The notes below the pieces were generated by a model, which saw nothing but the letters and a program-made list of their open reading frames with translations, was not told the origin of the DNA and searched no databases. Source: Methanomassiliicoccaceae archaeon (lineage in GTDB: Archaea; Thermoplasmatota; Thermoplasmata; Methanomassiliicoccales; UBA472). Taken from it: DNA of 64,000 bases. The position numbers were made by a program, and so were the translations under genes. The stretch's first letter is position 1. Each line of letters begins with the position of its first letter. Location: assembly GCA_963751645.1 (NCBI GenBank), contig CAVVVD010000007.1, forward strand, positions 327,841 through 391,840, in the 5' to 3' direction. Shown here piece by piece: positions 1 to 10,474 of the stretch.

Positions 1-65
1 TATGTTCAGCGCAGCTCCTCATAAAAGAGTTAAAGGACGAATGCCATGTCCGCCCCGGTGCGGAT

Positions 66-1352
66 ATGAACTATTCTGAGCATACGCTGGCCTTGTTGAA
101 GGGGGCGAGCGCCAAGGAGGGAGACACCCTTTTGGTCAGGGTCGAGGGTGGGGAACAAGAGGGATCCTCATGCCCCACCACGATTTCAGCGACCCGGACG
201 TCATCGTCCTCAAGCTGAAGAGCGGTTACAACATCGGGTCCGGCTCACTGAAGGCGCCGATGTGAAGGTGATCGCCCAGGCCGAGGAGAGGGCCCGACCT
301 CACCGCCGTTCCGGGCACGACCCGAAACTTCCCACGGTGGCCATCAAGGGACCGGGGCACCATCGCCTCCGACGTGGAGCTATAGGACCGGGGCCGTCCA
401 TCCGGCGATGTCCGCGGACGACCTCCTTATCGGCCGTCCAGGATATCCTCCATCTGCAACGTCAAGGCACAGGGCTCGATTCGATCTTCAGCGAGAACAT
501 GGACGCCCAAGCCTGGTCGGGCCTCGCCAGGGCGATCCTTCAGGAGATCGAGGCAGGGGCGAACGGCGTCATCATCCCCCATGGCACGGACACCATGGGC
601 TTTACCGCCGCCGCTCTATCGTTCATGCTGGAGGGCCTCGACCGGCCGGTCGTGCTGGTCGGGGCGCAGCTCCTCCGACGACCCTCCTCCGACGCCTACA
701 CCAACCTGGTGGCCGCGGCGCTTCTCGCCACCGCGGACGCCTCCGGTGTCTTCGTGCTGATGCACGAGGGTCCCTCGGACAGCTCCGCCCCGGTGCACCT
801 CGGGACAGGGTGAGGAAGATGCATTCCAGCCGTAGGGACGCCTTCCGAAGATCAACGCCGCCCCTGTGGCACGGGTGAACTTCGAAGGCAACATCGAGTT
901 CCTATCGGAAGATGCGAGGCGGGGCGCTGGTGAACCATCGCTGCACGATCGCATGGAATCGAAGGTGGCGTTGCTGCAGTTCTATCCGGGAAATGGACCC
1001 AGAGAGCTACTCGGAGTTGCTAATGGCGCATCGAGGTGTAGTGGTGGCGGGTTCCTGGTTGGGGCATGTCTCCGCCCTGATGGTGAAGGTGATCGCACAT
1101 GCCGTTCTCCCGAGGGGTAACCGTGGTCATGACGACGCAATGTCTGCATGGCCAGATCAATCTCAATGTCTATGCCACAGGGAGGGACCTCATCAATGCC
1201 GGGGTCGTGCCCGGTGGGGACATGTTGCCCGAGACCGCGCTGGTGAAATTGATGTGGGTCCTTGGCCAGTCCAAGGACCGGACCGAGGTGGAGCGGCTCA
1301 TGGCCACCGACCTCAGGGGTGAGCGCTCGTCCAGGAGGAGATCGATGGTTGA
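66..1352 (+). CDS. gatD: Glu-tRNA(Gln) amidotransferase subunit D (split by several 1-nt frameshifts, probably sequencing errors)
   Basis: ATG at 66. Motifs across frames: [76 protein letters not shown]. End approximate. Confidence 0.9.
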
Positions 1353-3210
1353 GCGCGTCACGGTCGGGCTGGAGATACACCAGCAATTGGACACGCACAA
1401 GCTCTTCTGCTCCTGTCCATCCGACCTTGTGGAGGTCGAAGGGCCAGCATTGCAGCGCCGCCTCAGGCCCACCTACAGCGAGATGGGGAGATCGACCGCG
1501 CTGCGCTGGCACAGGCGGAACGCCGCATGCACTATCGCTATCAATGCCCATCATCGCATTGTTGCCTGGTGGAGGCGGACGAGGAGCCACCACACGACGC
1601 TGACGCGGAGGCGATGGAGCTGACCTTGCTGGTCGCGGCCATGGCCAAAGCGAAGGTGGTGGACGAGATCCATTTCATGCGCAAGATCGTCATAGACGGC
1701 TCCAACACCACCGGCTTCCAGAGGACGGCGTTGGTGGCAACGGACGGGGTGTTAGAGGTGAACGGGAGGTCCATATCGGTCCTTTCGATCTGCCTGGAGG
1801 AGGACGCCGCTCGCAAGGTCGAGACCAAGGGCAGTGAGGTGACCTATCGCCTGGACCGCCTGGGCATACCCCTCATCGAGCTGGCCACTGGTCCGGACAT
1901 GCATGACCCCGAGGAGGTGCGAGAGGTGGCGGCCCGCATCGGTTCCATCATGCGGGCCACTAAACGGGTGAAGAGGGGCCTCGGAACCATCCGGGAGGAC
2001 CTCAACGTCTCCATCCCTGGGGGGCGCCCGTGTCGAGGTGAAGGGGGTGCAGGAGCTCCGTCTCCTGCCTACCTATGTGGAGAGGGAGATCGAGCGTCAG
2101 TCGGGTTTGCTGAAGATACGGGACACGTTGCATGAGAGGAAGGTGCCTAGGCCTTCCGGGACCATTGTCGATTGCACCGAGGACCTCAAGGGGTCAAGGT
2201 CGAAGGTGATCGTGGGGGCCCTAGGGAAAGGGGGGAAGGTACTCGGCACATCCTTGCCAGGATTCGAGGGCCTGATGAAGAGCCAGGATGGCAAGCTCCG
2301 CCTCGGTGCGGAGATGGCCCAGTACGCCCGCACCCGTGGAGTCGCGGGGATATTCCACTCCGATGAGCTTCCAGGCTATGGTATCGCGGCCGAGGAAGTG
2401 GACGCCATCCGGACCCGGTTGGCCCTTAGTCCTGACCAGGCGTTCGCGATATGCGCCGACGACCCGGCCAAGGCAGACCCGGCCCTGCGCATCGCGGTGG
2501 TCCGCGCGGGGATGGCCTTCGATGGCGTCCCAGAGGAGACGCGGGACCCACTGCCCGATGGGGGATCGACCTACAGCAGACCGCTGCCCGGAGCGGGCCG
2601 GATGTACCCAGAGACGGATGTCCGCCCCATCACCATCTCATCTGAGAGGCTGGCGAAGATAGCGCAGAACCTACCGGAGCTACCGGACGCCAAGGCCGCC
2701 CGGTTCGCCCGGGAGTTCGGTGTCCACGAGCAGCAGGCCCGTCAGATCGTCCGGGAAGGACACGAGGACCTGTTCGAGGAGCTGGCCTTGAAAGGACAGG
2801 CCTCAGTGGCCGCCCGGACCTTCCTGAACACCTATCCATCGCTGGAGAAGGAAGGGGTGAGCCCCGATGGGCTTAGCGACGACCAGGTCAGGTCGGCCTT
2901 CGAAGCGTTACGGCAGGGCCGTTTCGCCAAGGAGGCGTTGCCCGACGTGCTGAAGCAGATGGCACAGGGAAAGGACGTGGAAGGGGCGGTGCAGAGCCTC
3001 GGGCTGGCCAAGGTGGACACGGACGAGGCGACGGCCATCGTGGACGGTATCATTGCCGAACGGGCCTCGTTCGTCCAGGAGAAGGGCATGGGAGCGGTGG
3101 GGCCGCTCATGGCCCCCGTCATGGTCCAGCTGAAGGGGAAATTGGAAGGTAAGGCAGCCAGCGACCTGCTCAGAAGTAGGATCGAGGCTTTCTTGGCCCG
3201 GTCTCGCTGA
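1345..3210 (+). CDS. gatE: Glu-tRNA(Gln) amidotransferase subunit E (frameshifts near 1490 and 2020)
   Basis: [97 protein letters not shown] before ATG 1345. Confidence 0.93.
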
Positions 3211-3772
3211 CCTTGATCTCCAACACCTTCAGCTCCTCGAAGAAGAGGCGCATGGAGGCGAGCTCCCTCACCCGATATCCCTTGAGGACCTTGTCCAGGG
3301 CCCCCTGGTGCATGAGCGAAGAGACCACCACCACAAGGCGACCGCCATCGGCCAGATGGCCATCCGTCTGTTCCAGGAACCGGTGCAGGGTCTCGGTACC
3401 GGTGGGCCCGCCCGCCCAGGAAAGGTCCTGCATGTGCTCCGAGGTCCCACGAAGGTAGGGAGGGTTGAAGACCATGAGGTCGAAGGTCCCAGGGACCATC
3501 TGGAAGAGGTCGGATTCCATCACGTTCAAAAGGAGGTCGTTCCTGGACGCGTTCCACTTGGTGCACTCGACCGCCCGGGGGTTGATGTCCACGCATGTTA
3601 CCTTGCCCCCCTGCTTCGCCATGTGCAACGAGACCACACCGGTCCCGCACCCCATCTCCAGGACACGCTCGTCCCTTATGACCTCCAAGGCATTGATCAA
3701 CAGCCAAGTGTCGTCCGAAGGGCCGTAGACCTCCTCGCAAGGTCTTATCAAAATGCTCGGGTCGACCTGCAT
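3170..3772 (-). CDS. HemK/Mtq2-family SAM-dependent methyltransferase
   Basis: VYGPSDDTWLL, VLEMGCGTG, FNPPYL, WAGG. Start taken at MQVDPS (3772); the ORF extends to 3874. Confidence 0.85.
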   Translation of the reverse strand: MQVDPSILIRPCEEVYGPSDDTWLLINALEVIRDERVLEMGCGTGVVSLHMAKQGGKVTCVDINPRAVECTKWNASRNDLLLNVMESDLFQMVPGTFDLMVFNPPYLRGTSEHMQDLSWAGGPTGTETLHRFLEQTDGHLADGGRLVVVVSSLMHQGALDKVLKGYRVRELASMRLFFEELKVLEIKVSETGPRKPRSYF

Positions 3773-3933
3773 CCCATCATCCCAATGATGTACAATGTCA
3801 AAGTACTGGATAAGCTTGGCGTTCCAATGTATGTCATTGCTCGAGATCTTGTCCGCGTGGATCGAGTGGGCCATTCCCCCATCGAGCGGAAAGTCCCTTT
3901 ATAGCTGAGGGATTATCTGCCCTCCGAGAGACC

Positions 3934-4824
3934 GTGGACCCGTTCACCTTGGCCGCCGTGGTGGTCATGATCATCACCGTCATTGTTGGTTGGCTCAAAC
4001 GCTTCAGCTATGTCCAGGTGCTCATAATTGGGCTGCTGGGCATATATTTCATCGAGTTCTTCGGCGCGCAGTTCGGAGCGGACCTAGTGGTCGACGAGAT
4101 GTCCTTCCGACCCGTATACCTGACCCAAGGCCAGAACATCTACACGATGTTCACCTACATGTTCGTACATGGTAGCTTGGCCCATATAGTGTTCAACGTC
4201 CTTTTCCTGTTCCTGATCGGCTCCCAGCTAGAGATCAGGGTGGGAAAGCCCCGTTTCGCCATATTCTATTACGTGGCGGGCATCGCCGCCGTGCTCACGG
4301 AGGCGTTCATCCTAGGATTGGACAGCAATGCCCTGGTCCTTGGGGCATCCGGTGCGATCGCAGGCACCATGGGCGCCATGCTCTGGCTATACCCCCGTGA
4401 TAAGATCCCCATGTTCCTTGGCCCCATCTTCCTGCCCCGAGTCTCCGTGGCCCTCTCTGTCCTGGTCTGGCTGGCCGTCCAGTTGTTCCTGGACCTGATG
4501 CCAGGGATGGGAGGCGGCGTGGCCTACTCCGCCCACTTGGGCGGCTTCGTGACCGGGCTCGCCCTGGCGGCGGTCCTGCCCAAGGTGGCCCCGAAAGGGA
4601 AGGTGGAGAAGGTGGACGTCGAGTCGCTGCGTCCGCTCGCCACGACCCCCCTGCTCCAGAAGGACCTGGAGCTGATCGGGTCCGAGACCGAACCGGAGGT
4701 GCGCCAGGCCTGGCTGGAGCATTTCGCCAAGCACGCCACCTGCCCCCGCTGCGGCTCCCATCTCGAGCTCAAGGGGAATAGACTTAAGTGCAACAAATGT
4801 GGCTTCGAAGTCCAGGGAAAATGA
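3934..4824 (+). CDS. Rhomboid intramembrane serine protease with C-terminal zinc ribbon
   Basis: MFVHGSLAHIVFN, GASGAI (catalytic Ser), AHLGG (catalytic His). C-terminal CPRC...CNKC. Confidence 0.9.
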   Translation: MDPFTLAAVVVMIITVIVGWLKRFSYVQVLIIGLLGIYFIEFFGAQFGADLVVDEMSFRPVYLTQGQNIYTMFTYMFVHGSLAHIVFNVLFLFLIGSQLEIRVGKPRFAIFYYVAGIAAVLTEAFILGLDSNALVLGASGAIAGTMGAMLWLYPRDKIPMFLGPIFLPRVSVALSVLVWLAVQLFLDLMPGMGGGVAYSAHLGGFVTGLALAAVLPKVAPKGKVEKVDVESLRPLATTPLLQKDLELIGSETEPEVRQAWLEHFAKHATCPRCGSHLELKGNRLKCNKCGFEVQGK

Positions 4825-5399
4825 GAGGTGTACGTTTCGACGTGCTCTGCGAGGGCAGCATTCTCAGGAGAGGGCAGACCATAGTGGAGGCTCACTCCTC
4901 ATGCACGTTGATAACCGGGAACGAACATCTGATCGTCGTGGACACTGGGGATAACCTCTACAGGCAGAGGTTGATCGGGGCCATCCACGCCCATGGCCAT
5001 AGGCCCGAGGAGGTGGACCTGGTGGTGAACACCCACCTCCATTACGACCATTGTTCCAACAACGACATCTTCCCAGAGGCCAAGGTCATCGCCCATGCCC
5101 TCGAGGGGGCCGTGGGGGATTTCATCTTAATGCAGGGGGACCTGATGATGGTGGAGGACGGCATCAGGCTGGTGCACACACCGGGGCACACCCCTGGCGC
5201 GATCAGCGCCTTCGTGGAGGCGGACCGAAGGGTGGTCGTGGCGGGGGATGCGATACCCACCTATGAGAACGTAAGGAAGTGGGTGCCCCCAGGTGTGGTC
5301 ACCGACCCCGTGGCCGCCCTCCATTCCATGGAGCGCATCCTCCAATGGGCGGAGGTCGTGGTCCCTGGTCATGGTGGTCCCTTCGATGTGTCCCATTGA
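4821..5399 (+). CDS. MBL-fold metallo-hydrolase
   Basis: VDTG, THLHYDH, HTPGHT, AGDA, VPGHG. ATGA overlap with rhomboid stop. Confidence 0.85.
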   Translation: MRGVRFDVLCEGSILRRGQTIVEAHSSCTLITGNEHLIVVDTGDNLYRQRLIGAIHAHGHRPEEVDLVVNTHLHYDHCSNNDIFPEAKVIAHALEGAVGDFILMQGDLMMVEDGIRLVHTPGHTPGAISAFVEADRRVVVAGDAIPTYENVRKWVPPGVVTDPVAALHSMERILQWAEVVVPGHGGPFDVSH

Positions 5400-5423
5400 A
5401 ACCATTTAATCCTATGAGCGTTT

Positions 5424-6044
5424 ATGATTGAGGGAGTGATAACGATGAACGTACCTAACGCCCTACAATTGACCTGCGATGAATGCCAGGAAGTGACGAT
5501 GCACGAGGTCCTCCGCGGGCGCATCGGCAAGGACCAGGATGTGATCGAGGCAACGGTCAAGTGCCTGGAGTGCGGCAAGGTGTACACCACGGTGGTGAGG
5601 GAGGCCAAGAGCATGAAGGTCCCCATCATCGTCAGCGAGATGGGGAGCTCCCAACGCCTCGAGCTGGAGCTCGGGGAGGAGGAGATCCTGGCCGTCGATG
5701 ACGAGCTCGTGGCAGGCGACATGCCGGTCATCGTCAGCGCGATCGAGGTGGGGGAGCGGAGGGTGCGCCGTGCCATGGTGAAGGACATCTCCACGATCTG
5801 GGCCAAGCGCTTCGACAAGGTGCGGATACGAGTGGCCATCAATAAGGTCCATAAGACCATCTCGGTCGACCTGGAGGCCTCCCCGGACGAGGAGTTCTTC
5901 GTGGACGACCTATTGAGCATCGGAAGGGAGGAGGTCGTCATCCATTACATCAAGACCAAGGATGGCATGGTGCGACGGGGCTCGGTGCCGGCCAGGGAGA
6001 TCGTCCGCATCTATGCCAAGGCGGCGCGGCGTACCTATTCATGA
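5424..6044 (+). CDS. Conserved archaeal zinc-finger protein (HVO_0476-like)
   Basis: CDEC...HEVL...CLECG and IWAK; adjacent to pcm as in other archaea. Confidence 0.75.
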   Translation: MIEGVITMNVPNALQLTCDECQEVTMHEVLRGRIGKDQDVIEATVKCLECGKVYTTVVREAKSMKVPIIVSEMGSSQRLELELGEEEILAVDDELVAGDMPVIVSAIEVGERRVRRAMVKDISTIWAKRFDKVRIRVAINKVHKTISVDLEASPDEEFFVDDLLSIGREEVVIHYIKTKDGMVRRGSVPAREIVRIYAKAARRTYS

Positions 6045-6715
6045 GGGGCATGGACCCGATCGAGAGCCGAAGGGAGATGGTGTCCCGTCTGCGTGAAAGG
6101 GGATACATAACCGGCCAGAGGGTCTACGATGCCATGATGGCGGTACCGCGCCACCTGTTCTTACCGACCGCCCTCCGGGACAGGGCGTACGTCGACACGC
6201 CGATGGAGATCGGATACGGACAGACCATCTCGGCGCCGCACATGGTGGCGATCATGGCCGAGGCATTGGAGGCCCTTCCGGGCATGAAGGTCTTGGAGGT
6301 CGGGGCGGGATCGGGCTACCACGCCGCGGTACTGGCAGAGCTGGTCAGGCCTCGTGGTTCTGTGTTCACGGTGGAGATCGTCCCAGAGCTGGTCGAGAGG
6401 GCCAGACGCAACCTGGAGGAGACCGGCTATGGAAGCGAGGTCAAGGTGGTGCTTTCAGATGGTTCTATGGGGCTAGGGAACGAGGCGCCCTTCGATCGCA
6501 TATCGGTGGCCGCCGCCGCCCCTTCAGTACCAATCCCTCTGGTGGAGCAGTTGGGGGATGGTGGCATACTGCTCGTTCCGGTCGGTGAACGCGGCTACCA
6601 GGAGCTGATCATGGTGCGGCGCCAAGGGGACAAGGTCATACGATCGGAGATGGGCGGGGTGGTCTTCGTCCCGCTCATCGGGGAGCATGGCCATCACGAG
6701 CATCAGGTAAAATGA
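6041..6715 (+). CDS. pcm: Protein-L-isoaspartate O-methyltransferase
   Basis: VPRHLF, GQTISAPHMVA, LEVGAGSGYHAA, APFDRI, VFVPLIG. Confidence 0.93.
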   Translation: MRGMDPIESRREMVSRLRERGYITGQRVYDAMMAVPRHLFLPTALRDRAYVDTPMEIGYGQTISAPHMVAIMAEALEALPGMKVLEVGAGSGYHAAVLAELVRPRGSVFTVEIVPELVERARRNLEETGYGSEVKVVLSDGSMGLGNEAPFDRISVAAAAPSVPIPLVEQLGDGGILLVPVGERGYQELIMVRRQGDKVIRSEMGGVVFVPLIGEHGHHEHQVK

Positions 6716-7358
6716 ACGGGAGGACCAGGCGGAGGTCGTGCTCGCGGATCACGTGGTCCGCCTTCTCCACCACATAATCGTCGATCGGGTTGAAGGCGAT
6801 GCCCAGGGCGGACAGTTCGAACATCGAGACGTCGATGAAGCTGTCCCCGATGCTGACCGTGCGCTCCGGAGGAACGCCGAAATCCCTCTGGAAGTGCTCG
6901 AGCGCCGCTCGTTTGCTCTTCAACCACACCTTGAGCACGCCGTTACCTGTCAATCGGCCCTCCTGGTCGCACTCGAAGCCGTTGGCGGCGTAATCATCGA
7001 AACCGTATTCCTCGGCCAGCCGTCCCGCCACCATGTCCAGCCCACCGCTGACGATGACGCATTTGATCCCTTGGCCCTTCAATTCCACCATGGTCTCCGA
7101 GAGACCCCTCATGAGCGGGAGGGGATCAAGGATCTGCGTCATGTCGCTGCGGCATAGGCCGGGTTTCTTGCCGACCCATAGCGAGATGTCCCTCCTCATG
7201 AACTCCATGTCGTCGATCTCGTCCCGAAGGAAGGCGTCCACCGCAGCCCGATTGCCGACCCCGAAATGGTCGTGAACCCAGGTCCAGGTGGAGGGATAGT
7301 CGATCAGAACCCCGTCCATATCGAAGGCCACCAGGTCGTACGCGCGCTCCTTGGACAT
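6675..7358 (-). CDS. HAD-IB phosphatase (phosphoserine phosphatase-like)
   Basis: FDMDGVL, IVSGG, K, GDSFID motifs. Confidence 0.85.
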   Translation of the reverse strand: MSKERAYDLVAFDMDGVLIDYPSTWTWVHDHFGVGNRAAVDAFLRDEIDDMEFMRRDISLWVGKKPGLCRSDMTQILDPLPLMRGLSETMVELKGQGIKCVIVSGGLDMVAGRLAEEYGFDDYAANGFECDQEGRLTGNGVLKVWLKSKRAALEHFQRDFGVPPERTVSIGDSFIDVSMFELSALGIAFNPIDDYVVEKADHVIREHDLRLVLPFILPDARDGHAPR

Positions 7359-7411
7359 CAGGGGTGCGAGAGGGCAAAGGGTATAATAACGTTCCCCGCC
7401 ATCGCAAGGCG

Positions 7412-8134
7412 ATGATCACACTGGTTGGCGTTGGCCATGTCTTCGACATCGAACGCCAGGTCCGGTATGTGATCCGTTCCGCCTCCCCGAGGGCGGTGGG
7501 CGTGGAACTAGACCCGGCCCGCTATCAGGCCCTGAAGAACCCCCAAGGGAGGAGCTCCGCCCCCCTGCCCTACCAGCTCCTCGCCTTGACCCAACGCAGG
7601 ATGGCCAAGGAGTTCCATAGCAAGGTGGGCCAGGAGATGCTGGTGGCGGTCGAGGAGGCCCAGGTGTCCGGGGCGCAGGTGCTCTTCATCGATGTGGAGG
7701 CGTCGGTCATGTTCCGCCAGCTTTGGGTCAAGATGCCATTGAAGGAGAAGGTGCTGATGTTCCTTTCCGGAATGGTCGGTCTGGTGGCATCGAAGAAGCA
7801 GGTGGAATCGGAGCTGGAGCGGTTCGAGGAGAACGAAGAGCAATACCTCGAGCTCATGGCCAAGGAGTTCCCCACCATGAAGAAGGTCCTCATCGACGAA
7901 CGGAACGAGGTCATGGCACAGCGCATAGCCAAGGCGGAAGGGCAGTTCGGAAGCGTCCTGGCGGTGGTGGGAGATGGTCACGTCGAAGGGATCATCCGAC
8001 TCCTGGCGCGACCTGATATGAAGATCGTCCGGCTCAAGGACCTTCGCAACATGGCGGTCCCCGAGGAGTGCATCAGCAGCGGCAACAACTGCGATGTGAC
8101 CATCCATTTCACAGTGGGTTCGGACCATAGCTAG
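7412..8134 (+). CDS. TraB/PrgY-domain protein
   Basis: LVGVGHV, VGVELD.R, G.EM, LIDERNEVMA, VVGDGHVEGI. Confidence 0.85.
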   Translation: MITLVGVGHVFDIERQVRYVIRSASPRAVGVELDPARYQALKNPQGRSSAPLPYQLLALTQRRMAKEFHSKVGQEMLVAVEEAQVSGAQVLFIDVEASVMFRQLWVKMPLKEKVLMFLSGMVGLVASKKQVESELERFEENEEQYLELMAKEFPTMKKVLIDERNEVMAQRIAKAEGQFGSVLAVVGDGHVEGIIRLLARPDMKIVRLKDLRNMAVPEECISSGNNCDVTIHFTVGSDHS

Positions 8135-8176
8135 GTTGCAATTTTTTTTAAGGCCGGTGTCCCTACCGTAGAGCGC

Positions 8177-8860
8177 ATGAAAGTGCTGCTGCTGTCCTAT
8201 ACCAAGGATGCCGAGGCGCTCTGCGCCACGGCCGCCAAGACCTGCTATTCCCAAGGGGCTCCGAGCGTGATACGCACGAAGATAACTGAGGACAAGGCTG
8301 GCAAGCTGATCGAGGACGTGGTGGGGATGGGCCACCATTCGGTCATAGAGCATGCATACTACACCTTCTCCCTGGAGGGCGTCTCCCGGGCATTGACCCA
8401 TCAGCTCGTCCGTCACCGCATCGCCTCCTATAGCCAGCAATCGCAACGCTATGTGAACATGCTCAAGGCGGAGTACGTCGTCCCGAAGAGCGTGGAGGAG
8501 GACCCGGAGGCGAAACGCGTGTTCGAGCAGGCCATGGAACAGGCCTGGGAGTCGTACCAGAGACTGGCGGAACGCGTTCCCGTGGAGGATGCCCGCTATG
8601 TGCTACCGAACGCCTGCGAGAGCAACATCATGGTCACGATGAACGCAAGGGAGCTCATGCACTTCTTCTCCCTGCGCTGCTGCGAACGGGCACAATGGGA
8701 GATCCGTGCCGTCGCCGAGGAGATGCTCCGACTGGTCCAGCAGGTCTCGCCCCAGATATTCAAGGACGCCGGTCCGCCATGTGTGCGTGGTCCTTGCCCC
8801 GAAGGTAAGCTCTCCTGCGGGAAACCTCGACGGAGGGCCAGGAAGCCATCCGAAGGTTAG
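8177..8860 (+). CDS. thyX: FAD-dependent thymidylate synthase
   Basis: GHHSVIEH, THQLVRHRIASYSQQSQRY, ARYVLPN, RAQWEIR. Confidence 0.95.
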   Translation: MKVLLLSYTKDAEALCATAAKTCYSQGAPSVIRTKITEDKAGKLIEDVVGMGHHSVIEHAYYTFSLEGVSRALTHQLVRHRIASYSQQSQRYVNMLKAEYVVPKSVEEDPEAKRVFEQAMEQAWESYQRLAERVPVEDARYVLPNACESNIMVTMNARELMHFFSLRCCERAQWEIRAVAEEMLRLVQQVSPQIFKDAGPPCVRGPCPEGKLSCGKPRRRARKPSEG

Positions 8861-8889
8861 GTCCCATCAATGAAGTAGGTGAGCCTTTC

Positions 8890-10161
8890 ATGACCAGACC
8901 TGATCCGCTCAAGGTCTACATCATCAATCAATCCTTCCATTGGTTCATCGTTGGGCTGGTATTCCCGATAATGGCACTGCTCTTCCTGGACAAGGGCGCG
9001 GACATATTCCAGGTGGGGGCATTGATAGCCGCCTACTCTGCCACCGTAATACTGTTGGAGCTGCCAACAGGAGGTTTGGCGGATAGCATCGGACGGAAAC
9101 GGGTGTACTTGATCTCCCAGGGATTCTATGCGATAGCGCTTGCCACAGTGCTTTTCGCCAACGCCTTACCGCTGCTCTTCTCAGGCATGATCCTGATGGG
9201 TACGGCCCGTGCCTTATCCTCTGGTTCCATGGACGCATGGTTCGTGGACGAGTTCAAGGTCGCATGTCCTGGACAGGACCTACAGAGAGCCCTGGCCAAG
9301 GCCAATACCGTCATACCGTTAGGCATCGCCGCCGGTTCCCTGATCGGCGGCCTGCTACCTTTCTATCTCGGTCCACTGGTGGACGAGGCGTTCGGTCTGG
9401 GCATTTATTCCATCAACCTCGTGGTCATGCTCATCGCAGTGGGTGCGCAGATTGTCCTCACATCCTTACTGGTTCGGGAGGACCGTACCTCCAAGGGCGA
9501 GGCATGGTCCGGTGTGAGGCAAATGCCTGAGGTGTTGTCCACATCGGTGCGGTACGGGGTCAGGAATAGAACGGTCCTGATGTTGCTCATCGCAACGGCG
9601 GCTGTGGGGTTCTCCCTCATGTCGGTAGAGGCTTACTGGCAGCCCAGATTGAAGGAGATATTGGGGGGCGACTCGGAAACCTGGATCTTCGGCGTGATAG
9701 CGGCGGGCTATTTCCTGGCCAACTCAGTGGGCAACCTGGTCAGCATACCCTTGTGCTCTAGGCTGAAGGAGCGGAGGACCCTCATCCTTGTCGGTGTCCG
9801 CATGGCCATGGGCGCCACATTGATAGGGCTGGCCCTGCAGAATGGCACATGGGGATTCGCTGCCCTCTACCTGCTCTTCTTTCTTCTGGTGGGTGTGGAA
9901 GGCTCGCCCTTCGCCGCCCTCTTCAATTCGAACGTTCCTAGTGAGAAGCGGTCCACCCTCCTGTCATTGCAATCCTTGGTGCTGCAAGTAGGCGGTCTGA
10001 TCGGCACGCTGGTCCTCGGATACGTCGCCCAGGTCTATTCGTTCGGCACCGCTTGGACCGTCGCCGGGCTTATCCTCGTCTTATCGGCCGGGGCATATTT
10101 CGCCACATCCTCACGGAAGGGCAGCGTTGATATGTCAGAAGACCCATCTGGAACAGCATAG
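8890..10161 (+). CDS. MFS transporter
   Basis: About 12 hydrophobic segments; ELPTGGLADSIGRK motif A. Confidence 0.88.
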   Translation: MTRPDPLKVYIINQSFHWFIVGLVFPIMALLFLDKGADIFQVGALIAAYSATVILLELPTGGLADSIGRKRVYLISQGFYAIALATVLFANALPLLFSGMILMGTARALSSGSMDAWFVDEFKVACPGQDLQRALAKANTVIPLGIAAGSLIGGLLPFYLGPLVDEAFGLGIYSINLVVMLIAVGAQIVLTSLLVREDRTSKGEAWSGVRQMPEVLSTSVRYGVRNRTVLMLLIATAAVGFSLMSVEAYWQPRLKEILGGDSETWIFGVIAAGYFLANSVGNLVSIPLCSRLKERRTLILVGVRMAMGATLIGLALQNGTWGFAALYLLFFLLVGVEGSPFAALFNSNVPSEKRSTLLSLQSLVLQVGGLIGTLVLGYVAQVYSFGTAWTVAGLILVLSAGAYFATSSRKGSVDMSEDPSGTA

Positions 10162-10258
10162 GCGATGGCATATCTTTGCCAGTCTAACATGAAGCTTGGA
10201 AACCAACAACTTTTAAATAGAGCGAACCCTTTTGGCGCCTTTACCATCTGGTGTGTCC

Positions 10259-10453
10259 ATGGGAAACATTAGGCCCACTTACATTAAACGCGTCGCCATC
10301 GAACTGGTAGCAAAGTACCCCAGGGTATTCAGCGCCGATTTTGAGAACAACAAGTTGATGGTAGACAAGCTGACCACCGTTGACTCGATCAAGATGAGGA
10401 ACCGCATCGCCGGGTACATCTCTCGCTACTGGCAGAACCAACAGCATAACTGA
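10259..10453 (+). CDS. rps17e: 30S ribosomal protein S17e
   Basis: [16 protein letters not shown]...DFENNK...RNRIAGYI; TATA-like TTTTAAAT near 10211. Confidence 0.95.
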   Translation: MGNIRPTYIKRVAIELVAKYPRVFSADFENNKLMVDKLTTVDSIKMRNRIAGYISRYWQNQQHN

Positions 10454-10474
10454 AAGCATATTTCTTCATTCTAA

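Noticed and set aside
1099-1623. Apparent in-frame GatD-GatE fusion
   Set aside because: Adding one G in AGGAGGAG gives SRREIDG-stop overlapping the gatE ATG, which has its own RBS. With the many nearby indels this is most likely an error.
2832-3740. Long shadow ORFs (e.g. 2832..3740, 7508..8446, 29721..30686, 41437..42171)
   Set aside because: They overlap well-supported genes antisense or out of frame and have no recognisable motifs.
10161-10200. GGCGATGG start resembling a fluoride riboswitch
   Set aside because: The downstream pairing and conserved 3' motif are absent, and there is no fluoride-related gene next to it.
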